Positions 1 through 10,520 are shown, counted from the stretch's first letter. The stretch: DNA of 64,000 bases from an uncultured Alphaproteobacteria bacterium (GCA_963813315.1 CAWEYO010000017.1:52172-116171), one strand, 5' to 3'. Numbers and translations are program-made. The notes: generated by a model from the sequence alone, not told the origin.

Positions 1-177
1 CTCGATCGTGAAGGAGCGCCTTCCGGCCCGCGTATTGGCAACCAGCGGAGCCGGGTCATTCGCCAGCAACATGGCGTCGCTTTGAGCAAAAGCCGGAACC
101 TGCGGATTGACGAGCACGAAAACCGCGACGAGTGCTGCAACGATCCCGCCTGTCGCAAGGCTAATTCGTCGCGACAT
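1..177 (-). CDS. secreted protein, N-terminal part only (gene continues past the left edge)
   Basis: ATG at 177-175. The minus-strand translation MSRRISLATGGIVAALVAVFVLVNPQVPAFAQS... is a typical Sec signal peptide (AFA-Q). The frame stays open to base 1. It is too short to appear in the supplied ORF track. Confidence 0.4.
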   Translation of the reverse strand, partial: MSRRISLATGGIVAALVAVFVLVNPQVPAFAQSDAMLLANDPAPLVANTRAGRRSFTIE

Positions 178-247
178 TTTTACCCTTGCGATACCCGGGC
201 AGGATGACTTTTCGCTGAATTCCATCTCACTCCAACGATTATTCTCT

Positions 248-377
248 GGGTGTGTCGGGATTCAGGTCAGGCCAAACCGAAATGGCAGAGAACGGGCACG
301 CAGCGTACGTTCGGGCGCGTGAGTATCGCATAAGACCGGCATTTGCAGCCCGGCATCACCTGAATCCCAACACACCC
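248..377 (+). repeat. family A long imperfect palindrome, diverged copy (1 of 6)
   Basis: GGGTGTGTCGGGATTCAGGTCAGGCC...CATCACCTGAATCCCAACACACCC. The two ends are reverse complements. It aligns with the copies at 9099, 11477, 16327, 20337 and 24677. Confidence 0.85.
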
Positions 378-402
378 TGGAGCGCGGACTCTTTTTCGGA
401 AT

Positions 403-480
403 CGCTGCTGCTGCTCTATCTTTTTGTTTGAGCATCGGATTTTTCCCGAAACCGGTTCCCACTTTCGGGTCCGATGCTCT
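403..480 (+). repeat. family C hairpin repeat with loop CCGGTTCCCAC (copy 1 of 5)
   Basis: Leader CTGCTGCTCTATCTTTTTGTTT, then GAGCATCGGATTTTTCCCGAAA-CCGGTTCCCAC-TTTCGGGTCCGATGCTC. The hairpin ends on the csp stop codon. Confidence 0.85.
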
Positions 481-1069
481 AATGGGACACCGGCAAAGTA
501 CCTATGTCGGGGTGAAGCTCGACCGCCATGAGGCCCTTATCGCCGCGGCCATACCGCACCAGCACGACCTGGCCGGGCCTCAATTCGGTCACCCCATAGC
601 GCCTTAGCGTCTCCATGTGGACGAAAATATCTTCTGTCCCGTCGCCGCGCGTCAGGAAACCAAATCCCTTTGTGCGATTGAACCACTTCACAAGGGCACG
701 TTCCAGCCCGCTTTCGGCGGTCACCGACGGGTGGTGCGCCTGCACTTCCGCCGGATGCACCGCGGTGGACGTATCCATCGATATGACACGGAATGCCTGC
801 AGTCCGCGTTCGCCTTGCTTGACGAGGCAGACGACGCGCGCACCCTCAAGCGCGGTCTGGAAACCGTCGCGACGCAGGCAGGTCACATGAAGGAGAACAT
901 CTCTCATGCCGCCGCCATCCGGAAGGACGAAGCCATAGCCTTTAGCCACATCGAACCATTTGATGGCGCCGGATATTTCGATCAAGCCGGCTGAGCCGCC
1001 GGCTTCGTCCCAGACCGAAGCGTCGTCGCATCCCGCGTCGCGCCCCATGAAAGAGGCCCTGTCCCCCAT
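479..1069 (-). CDS. cold-shock protein with two tandem cold-shock domains
   Basis: 196-aa ORF with two CSD cores: [18 protein letters not shown]...DVLLHV and [26 protein letters not shown]. Confidence 0.85.
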   Translation of the reverse strand: MGDRASFMGRDAGCDDASVWDEAGGSAGLIEISGAIKWFDVAKGYGFVLPDGGGMRDVLLHVTCLRRDGFQTALEGARVVCLVKQGERGLQAFRVISMDTSTAVHPAEVQAHHPSVTAESGLERALVKWFNRTKGFGFLTRGDGTEDIFVHMETLRRYGVTELRPGQVVLVRYGRGDKGLMAVELHPDIGTLPVSH

Positions 1070-1245
1070 CCGAACGCACCTTTCCTCGAAACGCCGCTAC
1101 TGATTCTTGTAATTGAGAATAGCACTTTGTATTCCCGGATGTGCAAGGGGCCATTCGACTTTTCAACACTTGTAGCTGAAATACTGCGGTTCGACTTGCC
1201 TTGACATATGTCGCGCGAGAGGTTGTCGGGGCCGTGCGTCTCGCC

Positions 1246-1350
1246 CTAAAGCGCATTGCTTCGAAACGGATTCATGCGACGCGCTTTAGGCTATCGTTTT
1301 TGTGCATGTCGTTATCCCAAAACCGCTGCGCACTTTTGGGCGACATGCAT
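1246..1350 (+). repeat. family B two-hairpin repeat (copy 1 of 4)
   Basis: Module 1 is CTAAAGCGC-N25-GCGCTTTAG. Module 2 is TGCATGTCG..CCCAAAA..TTTTGGG..CGACATGCA. The same element occurs at 16258 (reverse), 33997 and 35084. Confidence 0.85.
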
Positions 1351-1388
1351 TATGTTGAGAACCTATTTCCGGAACAAGGAAACCAAAG

Positions 1389-1829
1389 ATGCGCTATCTG
1401 CACACAATGGTCCGCATTGCCGACATCGATGAGTCGCTTGATTTCTACGTCAACAAGCTTGGGCTGAAAGAGGTTCGCCGCTTCGAGAACGCGGGCGGTC
1501 GGTTCACGCTCATCTTCCTCGCGGCGCAGGACGACGAGCACAAGGGCGTAACCGAGAAGGCACCCCTGATCGAGCTGACGTATAACTGGGATCCGGAAGA
1601 CTACAAGGGCGGGCGCAATTTCGGCCATCTCGCCTACGAGGTCGACGACATCTACGCGACCTGCCAGCGCCTGATGGACAAAGGCGTCACCATCAACCGC
1701 CCGCCGCGCGACGGTAACATGGCCTTCATCAAGTCGCCGGACGGCATTTCGATAGAGCTTCTGCAGAAAGGTCCGGCCAAGGAGAAGGCGGAACCCTGGG
1801 CTTCGATGTCCAATACCGGAACCTGGTAG
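1389..1829 (+). CDS. gloA: lactoylglutathione lyase (glyoxalase I)
   Basis: 146 aa. N-terminus MRYLHTMVRIADIDESLDFYVNKLGL and overall length match the VOC-fold glyoxalase I family. Confidence 0.85.
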   Translation: MRYLHTMVRIADIDESLDFYVNKLGLKEVRRFENAGGRFTLIFLAAQDDEHKGVTEKAPLIELTYNWDPEDYKGGRNFGHLAYEVDDIYATCQRLMDKGVTINRPPRDGNMAFIKSPDGISIELLQKGPAKEKAEPWASMSNTGTW

Positions 1830-1996
1830 GTAGCCTACTGCTTTCCCGAACGGCTTCTCCTTTGCAGGCTAAATGTTTGCGCGCATCTGCCGGCGTGCTA
1901 ACACCACTTCCGCTCAAAGAGATACAGCGTCCTTAGCGCGTCGGACAGGACGCGCGGCGCTTTAGAGAAAAATTCTCTTCCTGGGGGACCGACGCC

Positions 1997-3529
1997 ATGA
2001 AGGAAGTGCTGAAGGAAGTCGAGCGCCGCCGCGCCGTGGCACGCGCTGGCGGCGGCCAGGCCCGCATCGACGCACAACACAGCAAGGGCAAGCTCACCGC
2101 CCGCGAGCGTATCGAGATTTTTCTCGACGAAGGTTCGTTCGAGGAATTCGACATGTATGTCGAACATCGCTCGACCGATTTCGGGATGGAAAAAACAAAA
2201 ATCGCGGGCGATGGCGTCGTCACGGGCTGGGGCACGGTCAACGGCCGCACCGTCTTCGTTTTTGCCAAGGATTTTACCGTTTTCGGAGGCTCCCTGTCGG
2301 AAGCGCATGCCGAAAAGGTGGTGAAGGTCCAGGAGATGGCGCTCAGAAACCGCGCCCCGATCGTCGGCCTCTATGATGCCGGCGGCGCCCGCATTCAGGA
2401 AGGCGTGGCTGCGCTTGGCGGATATGCCGAGATTTTCCAGCGCAACGTGCTTGCCTCAGGGGTCATCCCCCAGATTTCCGTTATCATGGGACCATGCGCG
2501 GGAGGCGACGTCTATTCTCCCGCGATGACCGACTTCATCTTCATGGTTCGCGACACTTCCTACATGTTCGTGACCGGCCCGGACGTAGTGAAGACTGTCA
2601 CCAACGAAACGGTAACCGCCGAGCAGCTTGGCGGCGCCACAGTCCATACGACAAAATCCTCGATCGCCGATGGCGCGTACGACAACGACGTCGAGGCGCT
2701 CTTGCAGATGCGCCGCCTCATCGACCTGCTGCCGCAATCGAACACCGGCGAGATTCCTGAGATCGATTGCTTCCAAGGCATCGATGATCACGACCTCTCG
2801 CTCGATCGCTTGATCCCCGACAATGCAAACAAACCTTACGACATCAAGGAGTTGATCCTCAAGACGAGCGACGAGGGCGATTTCTTCGAGATTCAGGCGT
2901 CATTCGCTGGCAACATCGTTACGGGATTCGGCCGGGTCGAAGGCCGCACGGTAGGCTTTGTCGCAAACCAGCCCATGGTGCTGGCGGGCGTGCTCGACAG
3001 CGACGCCTCCCGCAAGGCGGCGCGCTTCGTTCGCTTTTGCGACTGCTTCAACATCCCGCTCGTTACTTTCGTCGACGTTCCGGGCTTCCTGCCTGGGACC
3101 TCGCAGGAATATGGCGGGCTGATCAAGCACGGAGCAAAGCTGCTCTTCGCCTACGCGGAGGCCACCGTCCCGAAGGTGACGGTGATCACCCGCAAGGCAT
3201 TCGGCGGCGCCTATGACGTCATGGCATCAAAGCACTTGCGGGGCGACATGAACTATGCGTGGCCGACGGCGCAGATCGCCGTGATGGGCGCCAAGGGCGC
3301 GGTCGAGATCATCTACCGCAAGGATATCGGCGACGCCGAACGGATAGCCGCCCACACCAAGGCTTACGAGGACCGCTTCCTCTCGCCATTCGTCGCGGCC
3401 GAGCGCGGCTATGTTGACGAAGTGATCATGCCCCATTCCACGCGCCGCCGTGTCGCGCGGGCGCTGAGAATGCTCCGCAATAAGGATTTGAAGAATCCCT
3501 GGAAGAAGCACGACAACATCCCCTTGTAG
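1997..3529 (+). CDS. pccB: propionyl-CoA carboxylase beta chain (carboxyltransferase)
   Basis: 510 aa. Contains acyl-CoA carboxyltransferase blocks ([59 protein letters not shown]). Confidence 0.9.
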   Translation: MKEVLKEVERRRAVARAGGGQARIDAQHSKGKLTARERIEIFLDEGSFEEFDMYVEHRSTDFGMEKTKIAGDGVVTGWGTVNGRTVFVFAKDFTVFGGSLSEAHAEKVVKVQEMALRNRAPIVGLYDAGGARIQEGVAALGGYAEIFQRNVLASGVIPQISVIMGPCAGGDVYSPAMTDFIFMVRDTSYMFVTGPDVVKTVTNETVTAEQLGGATVHTTKSSIADGAYDNDVEALLQMRRLIDLLPQSNTGEIPEIDCFQGIDDHDLSLDRLIPDNANKPYDIKELILKTSDEGDFFEIQASFAGNIVTGFGRVEGRTVGFVANQPMVLAGVLDSDASRKAARFVRFCDCFNIPLVTFVDVPGFLPGTSQEYGGLIKHGAKLLFAYAEATVPKVTVITRKAFGGAYDVMASKHLRGDMNYAWPTAQIAVMGAKGAVEIIYRKDIGDAERIAAHTKAYEDRFLSPFVAAERGYVDEVIMPHSTRRRVARALRMLRNKDLKNPWKKHDNIPL

Positions 3530-3613
3530 GCTGATCAGCATCGATGGGATTGGAGTATGGCAAGCGCCAGAACACACTCTCCCATATTTCAACCGATCAA
3601 AACATCGTGGGAA

Positions 3614-3639
3614 GGCAAGTGCAGGCTTGCCGGGTTTTC
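3614..3639 (+). terminator. possible intrinsic terminator after pccB
   Basis: GGCAAG-TGCAGG-CTTGCC followed by GGGTTTTCG, about 85 nt after the pccB stop. The stem is short. Confidence 0.35.
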
Positions 3640-3693
3640 GCGCCACGCTAAATTGAGGAAGGGGGTTGGGCCACCTTTGGATAGGAGGCGACC

Positions 3694-4128
3694 ATGAAGC
3701 ATCAGACCCTCGAGCAACTGCAGACCGTTGCAGAGGTTCATCCGGACCACATGCGCCCGGCTATGACACGGAGCGAACGTCTCGAACGCTGGGCGGGACT
3801 GCTCGAGAAGGATCCCGATCGTCAACTCGGAACCCTTGCTGGCACCGAATATCAGCCTTCGGGAACACGCCAGACGATGCGCAGCGCTGGCTCGGCGATT
3901 ACCGTGGCATTCGAGGATGCCTGCTTTCGGGCCGACGGAATGGACAACGACACCTACGGTGAAGCGAAACGTTTCTTCGAACTGACGGATTGGCAACTGC
4001 ATGACATCGTTTGCTACTGTCATTTCGGAGCGACGATGCGGGCCGCGACAGCCGCGCGCCGCGTTCGTGCTGCCATAGGCGGTCGACCGAACCTGTTCAC
4101 GCGACTTCGCGACGCAATATTCGGTTGA
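3694..4128 (+). CDS. hypothetical protein
   Basis: 144-aa ORF preceded by a good RBS (GGATAGGAGGCGACC-ATG). I recognise no family. Confidence 0.5.
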   Translation: MKHQTLEQLQTVAEVHPDHMRPAMTRSERLERWAGLLEKDPDRQLGTLAGTEYQPSGTRQTMRSAGSAITVAFEDACFRADGMDNDTYGEAKRFFELTDWQLHDIVCYCHFGATMRAATAARRVRAAIGGRPNLFTRLRDAIFG

Positions 4129-4339
4129 CGAGATAGTTTGGGCTTTTCCCGGCGGCTCGCGCAGGCGGCCCGCCGGGCATGATCTCGAAGAGTCTGACAG
4201 ACTTTTCGGACAGGAGAGATTGAGCGAGACGGCGATTCCATGAAGAGCCATCTCGCTCGCCCATTGCCCCGGTGGAACCAAGCGTTCTGCCGGGCATTCT
4301 GTTTGCTGCTTCCTCCCCAGAGCAGGCTGTGCCAACAGA

Positions 4340-5395
4340 ATGAAGGCATTCGACAACGTCATTCCATCGCCCGAAAAATCAGCGGCCAGCGCGTCGCTCT
4401 TGCACGCCAGCGACGTGGAGCCGGGCATTCGCCGAAAACGGGCCGGCGGCGGCTTCCGCTACCTGACGCCTGGCGGCGACAGGCTGCAGGACGCGGACAC
4501 GCTTGCCCGCATCCGCAGTCTCGCAATACCGCCGGCCTGGAGCGATGTCTGGATTTCGACCCATCCGGACGGCCACCTCCAAGCGACCGGCCGCGACCAG
4601 CGCGGCCGCAAGCAATATCGCTATCATCCGCGATGGTCGGCTTGCCGTGACGAAGTAAAATACTCAAGTCTAACGGCTTTCGCGGAAGCGCTTCCGCGTC
4701 TGCGCAACTCAATCGATGCCGATCTCGGTCGGCGCGGCTTTCCCCGAGAGCGCGTCGTGGCTTCCGTCATATGGCTTCTGGACAACACGATGATCCGCGT
4801 CGGCAACCCGGCCTACATGCGCGCCAACAACAGTTTCGGCCTCACTACGCTGCGCGACAAGCATGTCGAGATCACCGGTTCGACAATGCGTTTTGCTTTC
4901 ATGGGAAAGTCAGGCAAGCAATGGCGATTGAAGCTGGCCGACCGGCGCATCGCAAGGGTCGTTCGCGGCGCACAGGACCTGCCAGGCCAGACTCTCTTCC
5001 AGTACATCGACGAGAATGGCGACCCGCGCCCGATTAGGTCGCAGGACGTCAACGATTATATCCGCGAAGCTGCCGGCGCCGACTTCTCGTCCAAGCATTT
5101 CCGTACGTGGGGCGGGACCATCCGCGCAGCCGCTCTTTTCGCTGAGCGGCCGTTGCCGGAGACCAAAAGCGAGGCGAAACGGATCATGAATGAGATCATC
5201 GACCGGGTCGCGCACCGGCTCGGCAACACGCGAGCCGTTTGCCGAAAGTGCTACATCCATCCCACGGTGATTGAGTCTTGGTTGGCCGGCAGCCTCGCGG
5301 ACGAGATGGCCCAAGCGCGGCGCTCATTCCGCAGGCCATTGGCGGGTCTGGATTCGGAAGAGACGCTGGTCCTCAAATGGCTGGCCAAGAGGTAA
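4340..5395 (+). CDS. DNA topoisomerase IB (eukaryotic/poxvirus type)
   Basis: 351 aa. Has N-terminal RKRAGGGFRYL..G..L.D..TLARIRSLAIPPAWSDVWIS and HLQATGRDQRGRKQYRYHPRW, which are characteristic of bacterial TopIB. Confidence 0.85.
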   Translation: MKAFDNVIPSPEKSAASASLLHASDVEPGIRRKRAGGGFRYLTPGGDRLQDADTLARIRSLAIPPAWSDVWISTHPDGHLQATGRDQRGRKQYRYHPRWSACRDEVKYSSLTAFAEALPRLRNSIDADLGRRGFPRERVVASVIWLLDNTMIRVGNPAYMRANNSFGLTTLRDKHVEITGSTMRFAFMGKSGKQWRLKLADRRIARVVRGAQDLPGQTLFQYIDENGDPRPIRSQDVNDYIREAAGADFSSKHFRTWGGTIRAAALFAERPLPETKSEAKRIMNEIIDRVAHRLGNTRAVCRKCYIHPTVIESWLAGSLADEMAQARRSFRRPLAGLDSEETLVLKWLAKR

Positions 5396-5399
5396 CGTG

Positions 5400-5448
5400 G
5401 AGCATCGGATTTTTCCGAAACCGGTTCCCAATTTCGGGTCCGATGCTC
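5400..5448 (+). repeat. family C hairpin repeat (copy 2)
   Basis: GAGCATCGGATTTTTCCGAAA-CCGGTTCCCAA-TTTCGGGTCCGATGCTC, 5 nt after the topoisomerase IB stop. Confidence 0.85.
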
Positions 5449-5459
5449 TAAGCGAAAAG

Positions 5460-6419
5460 TCATCCCGCTCCAAGCGAGAGCATCCAGTTCAGCACCTCGC
5501 GCCAGTCGGTCATGCGGATCGGCGTGCCATGCGTGCCGGTCTCGAAACGTACGAAGTGCACTGGATAGCCCGGCGATTTTTTGCGGATCGCGCGGTAGAA
5601 TGCCTCCTGCCTGGCTGGATTGAAAACCGTGTCGCGGCTGCCGTGACCGAGGAAAACCGGTACTTTCCGGCTGAAGGCCGCACTCTCGAGAAAGCCGTCG
5701 TCCCCATGGGAGCCGAGCAGCAGCAGCCCGCCGAGACCGGGAACGCTGCCGTTCCTGGCCAGTTCCCAACACAATCCGCCTCCCATCGATCCACAAGCGA
5801 GGAAAACCGGCGCCCCAGGTGACTTGCCGGCATAGTGCGAAACAAGTGCTGCCACTTCGCCGGCACCCAATTCACCGAAGTCGGAAAAATCCGGGGACAG
5901 ATAAAGTCCGCCACTTTCGGCAGCTAAATTCTTGATGCGGTTGAAATTTCCGCCGAACGTGAAGTCGTCAACGCCCTGCTTGCGGCTGCCGCCTTGCCCG
6001 TGCAGATAAACGACGATGAACTTCGCGCCTTCGGTTGGGCCGACCGCGAAATGGCGAATGTTCCCTGCCGCCGTCTTCAATATGAGATCCTGTTGCAGCC
6101 TGCGAACGCCCAGCGAAACATATTTCGCTTGCACGCGACGTTCGGGAATTTCGTCGCGCTTGTTGATATCCCGCAACTCGTTGTAGTCGACCACGATGAA
6201 CGCGCCGGCATCACGCGAAACGAGAACGCCGGGATAAGCGAACATCTGGTCCTTGTAGGAGGACAGCGTGGGGGCATCAGCGCGCCCCGCCGCACAGGCA
6301 GCGCTCAAACAGAACAATGAGGCGGCGAAGCGAGCCACTTTCTTGGCCGTGCGCCCTTTGGGCGCAGGCAGCGATGTTCGTGCAAATTCACCTGGCAGAA
6401 CGACCAAATCCAACCTCAA
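5460..6419 (-). CDS. alpha/beta hydrolase, exported (possible lipoprotein)
   Basis: 319-aa ORF with GSMGG nucleophile elbow and LHGQGG oxyanion region. The hydrophobic N-region FAASLFCLSAACAAG suggests export. The start is uncertain: TTG at 6419 or GTG at 6338. Confidence 0.7.
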   Translation of the reverse strand: MRLDLVVLPGEFARTSLPAPKGRTAKKVARFAASLFCLSAACAAGRADAPTLSSYKDQMFAYPGVLVSRDAGAFIVVDYNELRDINKRDEIPERRVQAKYVSLGVRRLQQDLILKTAAGNIRHFAVGPTEGAKFIVVYLHGQGGSRKQGVDDFTFGGNFNRIKNLAAESGGLYLSPDFSDFGELGAGEVAALVSHYAGKSPGAPVFLACGSMGGGLCWELARNGSVPGLGGLLLLGSHGDDGFLESAAFSRKVPVFLGHGSRDTVFNPARQEAFYRAIRKKSPGYPVHFVRFETGTHGTPIRMTDWREVLNWMLSLGAG

Positions 6420-8029
6420 TTTCCCTGAAGCACCCCGCCGGCTGCCTGCAGCGTCTCCGGCGTATCGACATCGACGCTCGCGGCCGCTCCGATCTCGACG
6501 TCGATGACTGCCAAGCCTTCCAATTCGACCAATTGTCTGGCGCCGGTGTCTCCCTTGAGCGCGGCGACGGCTTCGAACATCGAGCGCGGCAACAGCACGG
6601 GGTTGCCGCGCTTGCCGTTGTGGGTCGCCCGTACGATCGAATTGCCACCCGCGGCCACGAAGGCGGAAATCAGCCGGTCGAGATCGGTCGAGGAAACCTC
6701 CGGCATGTCGCCGAGCACGACAAGCGCGCCGGCGGCAGTGTCCGGCAGCGCGGCAATGCCAGCTTTGAGTGAGCTTGCAAGCCCGCTGTTGTAATCAGGA
6801 TTGTCGATGACGCTCGCATTCACGCCGAAAAGTGCGGCGCGAACGCGGTCCGCCTGATGTCCCGCGACCACCACCGTGCCGGCGGCGCGACTGGCCACCG
6901 CGCGCTCCACCATGCGGCGGATCAGCGGCTTGCCGCCGAACAAGGCCAGGAGCTTGTTGGGACCGCCCATCCTGCTTGATTGGCCGGCCGCCAGAACTAC
7001 GGCGTGAACCAGCGGACTGGCTGCAATGCGGGGCGCCTCGCGCGGCTGCGGCCGCGTCGGAATTTCCATCAGCAGCCCGCCAACGCCCATGCCGGCTATG
7101 TCGGCGTCCGACACGTCAATGCCGGCGATCAGCCGGTCGAGCACCCAATCGAAACCGTTTTCTTTTGGACTTCGCGCACAGCCCGGCGCGCCCAGCACCG
7201 GTTTTTCGCCATAACGACCAACAACGATCAGATTGCCCGGATCGACCGGCATCCCAATTCGGAGCACGGTGCCGCCGGCCTTGTCGATCGCGGCCGGCAC
7301 GACATCCTCGCGATCGCTCATGGCTGATGCGCCAAAGATAACCAGCATGTCGCTAAGGCTGGCGAGCGATTTGATCGCCTCCGCCACCGCGCCCGCCTCA
7401 TGCAGCGGTCGCCGCTCGGCGGCGATGTGACTGCCGGATCGGCGAAGCCGCGCCTCGGTGACGCGAACAGTCTTGTCGAGCACGCCGTTCTTGATGCTCG
7501 GCAACACGGTCTGCACCAACCCGATCCTCAACGGCCGGTAAGGATTTACGGCGAACGCCGCACGCCCATTGCAAAGCGCGGCGACCGCTTCGACGATGCT
7601 CTTCGGCACCGCGAACGGTATGATCTTCACCGTCGCGACCATCTGCCCCTTGTCCACAGCCGCGTGCTGGGCAACGGTTGCGATGGTGACGGCGGGATCG
7701 ATGGCATTGATCGCATCGATCAGCGACTTCTCAACTGTGAATACGCCTGCCGCGGTCGCATGGAGGTTTACCCGGCCGGTGGATGCTGGCCTTGCTTCGG
7801 CGTTGCCGGTGATCAGCCGCCTGGCAATAGCCTCGGCTGCCGCATCCTCGGAAAGGTCGTCGGCCGAAAGCACCGCGGCAACCACGTCGGCAACTCCCGC
7901 TGCGCGCAGCGCCGCAATGTCCTCGCTCGTCAGGGTTCGCGCCTTCTTGAGACGCCTGTCGCCCGCCGAGACGGCGTGCGCGAGGATGGCACCCTCAGCC
8001 TTGTCAAGCGGAACCGGGCCGAATTTCAC
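6416..8029 (-). CDS. fusion of a molybdopterin-binding (MoeA/CinA-like) domain and a MocA-type molybdenum cofactor cytidylyltransferase
   Basis: The conserved sequence begins at VKFGPVPLDKAEGAILAH (GTG 8029, overlapping the upstream stop as GTGA). The C-terminal half VVLAAGQSSRMGGPNKLL...GDMPEV is the NTP-transferase (MobA/MocA) fold. Confidence 0.8.
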   Translation of the reverse strand: MKFGPVPLDKAEGAILAHAVSAGDRRLKKARTLTSEDIAALRAAGVADVVAAVLSADDLSEDAAAEAIARRLITGNAEARPASTGRVNLHATAAGVFTVEKSLIDAINAIDPAVTIATVAQHAAVDKGQMVATVKIIPFAVPKSIVEAVAALCNGRAAFAVNPYRPLRIGLVQTVLPSIKNGVLDKTVRVTEARLRRSGSHIAAERRPLHEAGAVAEAIKSLASLSDMLVIFGASAMSDREDVVPAAIDKAGGTVLRIGMPVDPGNLIVVGRYGEKPVLGAPGCARSPKENGFDWVLDRLIAGIDVSDADIAGMGVGGLLMEIPTRPQPREAPRIAASPLVHAVVLAAGQSSRMGGPNKLLALFGGKPLIRRMVERAVASRAAGTVVVAGHQADRVRAALFGVNASVIDNPDYNSGLASSLKAGIAALPDTAAGALVVLGDMPEVSSTDLDRLISAFVAAGGNSIVRATHNGKRGNPVLLPRSMFEAVAALKGDTGARQLVELEGLAVIDVEIGAAASVDVDTPETLQAAGGVLQGN

Positions 8030-8736
8030 GCCGCCTCGCCCTTCATCTGATCTCCAGCGCCACGCGACCGCAACGCCGAGATCACCTGCGCGAGCACCGC
8101 AACCGCAATTTCGGCCGGGCTCGCGGCCCCGATGTCGAGGCCGATCGGCGCGTGGATGCGGCCGACCTCCTCCTGGGCAGCACCAAGCGCCAGCAGGCGC
8201 TCGACCCGCTTCGCGTGCGTCTTGCGGCTCCCCAGGGCACCGACATAGAAGCACCCCGCCTCAAGCGCCGACTTCAGTGCAAGATCGTCGATCTTGGGAT
8301 CATGCGTCACCGCCGCGAGTGCAGTGTAACTGTCTAGCGGAACCGCCTTCAAGGCGTCCTGCGGCCACTCGGCACGCAGAACCACGTCCGGAAAGCGGTC
8401 GGCAGTGGCGAAAGCGGTGCGGGGATCGATGACTTCCACGTCATAGCCGGCGATCTTCGCCATTGGCGCCAGCGCCTGACTGATATGCACGGCTCCGATT
8501 ACAACCAGCCGAGGCTGCGGCACATGCACGTTCAGGAAGAAGCTGCGCCCGTCGGCCTCCACCAAACCGGACTTGCCGGACCGGAAGGCAGCGCGGATCG
8601 CCTCTCCGAGCGCGCCCGCCACTGCGTCTCCTTCGATGACAACACGGTCGCGCCCTTCGGCAAGATCCGTGACATGGACGGCAGCGCGCCGCGCACGGCG
8701 TTCGCTGTTGAGTTTCTTGAGATTGTACGGGTCCAT
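8026..8736 (-). CDS. XdhC/CoxI family accessory protein (Rossmann-like C-terminal type)
   Basis: LVVIGAVHISQALAPMAKIAGYDVEVIDPR...THDPKIDDLAL...YVGALGSRKTH. Start chosen at MDPYNLKK. Confidence 0.8.
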   Translation of the reverse strand: MDPYNLKKLNSERRARRAAVHVTDLAEGRDRVVIEGDAVAGALGEAIRAAFRSGKSGLVEADGRSFFLNVHVPQPRLVVIGAVHISQALAPMAKIAGYDVEVIDPRTAFATADRFPDVVLRAEWPQDALKAVPLDSYTALAAVTHDPKIDDLALKSALEAGCFYVGALGSRKTHAKRVERLLALGAAQEEVGRIHAPIGLDIGAASPAEIAVAVLAQVISALRSRGAGDQMKGEAA

Positions 8737-8741
8737 TCCGC

Positions 8742-9086
8742 TTAGCCCAGCCGTTCCACATAGACCTTGATACGCCCGCCGCATGAAAGGCCAACCCTCC
8801 AGGCGGTCTCATCGGCAACACCGAACTCCAGCATTTTCGGCCTGCCGCTTTCAATGATGTCCACCGCCTCGGCGACCACGGCCCCCTCCACGCAACCGCC
8901 CGAGACCGAGCCGTGGAAATTGCCGTCCGCATCGATGACGAGGTGGCTGCCGACCGGTCGCGGCGCCGAGCCCCATGTCTCGACCACTGTGGCAATCGCG
9001 ACGTCTCTCCCATCCTTCATCCAGTTTTCCGCAATGATCAGCGGATCGCGGCTTTCGTCGAGGCGGCTGCCATTTTTTTCCATCAT
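8742..9086 (-). CDS. XdhC/CoxI family accessory protein (N-terminal domain type)
   Basis: ATVVETWGSAPRPVGSHLVIDADGNFHGSVSGGCVEGAVV. Start chosen at MMEKNG, because the longer ORF in the track begins inside repeat A2. Confidence 0.75.
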   Translation of the reverse strand: MMEKNGSRLDESRDPLIIAENWMKDGRDVAIATVVETWGSAPRPVGSHLVIDADGNFHGSVSGGCVEGAVVAEAVDIIESGRPKMLEFGVADETAWRVGLSCGGRIKVYVERLG

Positions 9087-9098
9087 CAAGTCTCCCCA

Positions 9099-9240
9099 GG
9101 GTGTGTTGATATTCAGGTGATGCCGGCCTGCAAATGACGGTCTTCTCCGCTTCCGGTACTCACGTACCCAAACGTACGCTCCGTGCCGGTTCTCGAAAAC
9201 CGCCATTTTCGCCTCGGCCTGACCTGAATCTCACACACCC
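9099..9240 (-). repeat. family A long palindrome (copy 2, inverted orientation)
   Basis: Reverse complement of the 20337 copy, between the two XdhC genes and the VWA gene. Confidence 0.9.
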
Positions 9241-9260
9241 TGGTGTGGTGGGTTTGATGG

Positions 9261-10511
9261 CTAGGCCGCACGGCGGTTGCCAGGGCCCAGCCATAGCCTG
9301 GGGTCGGTTTCACGCGTGCGCCCTGTCCCGAGAGCCGCGCACAGATCGGCCAGCGCCTCCAGATTGTGCACCGGACGGAACTCATCGACATGCGGCAGCA
9401 TCGCCCGAACCCCGCGCGCTCGTGCCTCGAAACCATCGAATCGCAGCAGCGGATTCAGCCAGATCAAGCGCCGGCACGACTTCTTCAGCCGTTCGATCTC
9501 CTCGCTCAGGCCCGCAATGTCATCACGCTCCAGCCCGTCGGTGATCAGCAGCACGACGGCCCCTTGCCCAAGGACCCGCCGAGACCACAGCCGGTTGAAC
9601 TCGCGCAGCGTATCGCCGATGCGGGTGCCGCCGGACCAGTCCTTCACGGCCGTCGAACAGTTCGCCAGAGCCTCGTCGGGATCCCGGTTGCGCAACTGCC
9701 GGGTCAGATTGGTGAGCCGGGTGCCGAACACGAACGCATGGACGCGCCTGCGCTTTTCCGTCAACGCGTGCAGGAAGTGCATGAAGATGCGTGTGTACTG
9801 GCTCATCGAACCGGAGATATCGGCAAGCACCACCAGCGGGAGATGCGTGTGCCGCGGCGACCGGAATTTCGGCAGGATCAGCCCGCCGCCGGTCCTGAGC
9901 GCGGAACGCATCATGGCGCGCGGATCGGCGCGACGTCCATGCGGGTCGGGACGGAAGCGGCGCGTGCGCACCAGGTCGAAAGGAAGCCGCAGCTCAGCAA
10001 TCGCCTTGGTCGCGTCGGCGATTTCGGCGGCGGTCATCTGCGCAAAATCCTTGGTGCGCAGCACCTCATTGCTGGACACGGTGAGGCGCGCATCCACCTC
10101 GATCTCCGGAATCCGCTGCGGCGTGCGGCTCTTCTGGTGACCGTCGAACATTGCTTGGGCAACGCGGCTTTCGGCCGTCCGGGGTTTCTGTCTTTCGCGC
10201 CTGTCGGGGGCGACGGGAGAAAACATCGCCAGCATTTTTTCAATCAGTTCGTGGGACTTCCAGAACAGCCGGAAGGCTTCATCGAAGACGGCATGATCTT
10301 CGTGCCTGGTCACCAATACCGCGTGCAGCGTCCAGTAGAAGTCTTCCCTGCCGCCGATGCCTGCCGCAAGCACCGCTTCGATCGCGTCCTTTACCGCGGC
10401 CGGCCCTACCCTCATTCCAGCCTTCCTGAGGGTGCGTGCGAAGTAGACGATGTTGTCCGCGATCCGGCCATCCGGGTTGGCGAAGGTCTGGTTCGTGCCG
10501 AAACTCGCCAT
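9261..10511 (-). CDS. VWA domain protein, CoxE-like
   Basis: 416 aa. VLADISGSM (MIDAS DxSxS) and a CoxE-type architecture, immediately downstream of a MoxR ATPase. Confidence 0.8.
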   Translation of the reverse strand: MASFGTNQTFANPDGRIADNIVYFARTLRKAGMRVGPAAVKDAIEAVLAAGIGGREDFYWTLHAVLVTRHEDHAVFDEAFRLFWKSHELIEKMLAMFSPVAPDRRERQKPRTAESRVAQAMFDGHQKSRTPQRIPEIEVDARLTVSSNEVLRTKDFAQMTAAEIADATKAIAELRLPFDLVRTRRFRPDPHGRRADPRAMMRSALRTGGGLILPKFRSPRHTHLPLVVLADISGSMSQYTRIFMHFLHALTEKRRRVHAFVFGTRLTNLTRQLRNRDPDEALANCSTAVKDWSGGTRIGDTLREFNRLWSRRVLGQGAVVLLITDGLERDDIAGLSEEIERLKKSCRRLIWLNPLLRFDGFEARARGVRAMLPHVDEFRPVHNLEALADLCAALGTGRTRETDPRLWLGPGNRRAA

Positions 10512-10520
10512 CAGGTCCGC

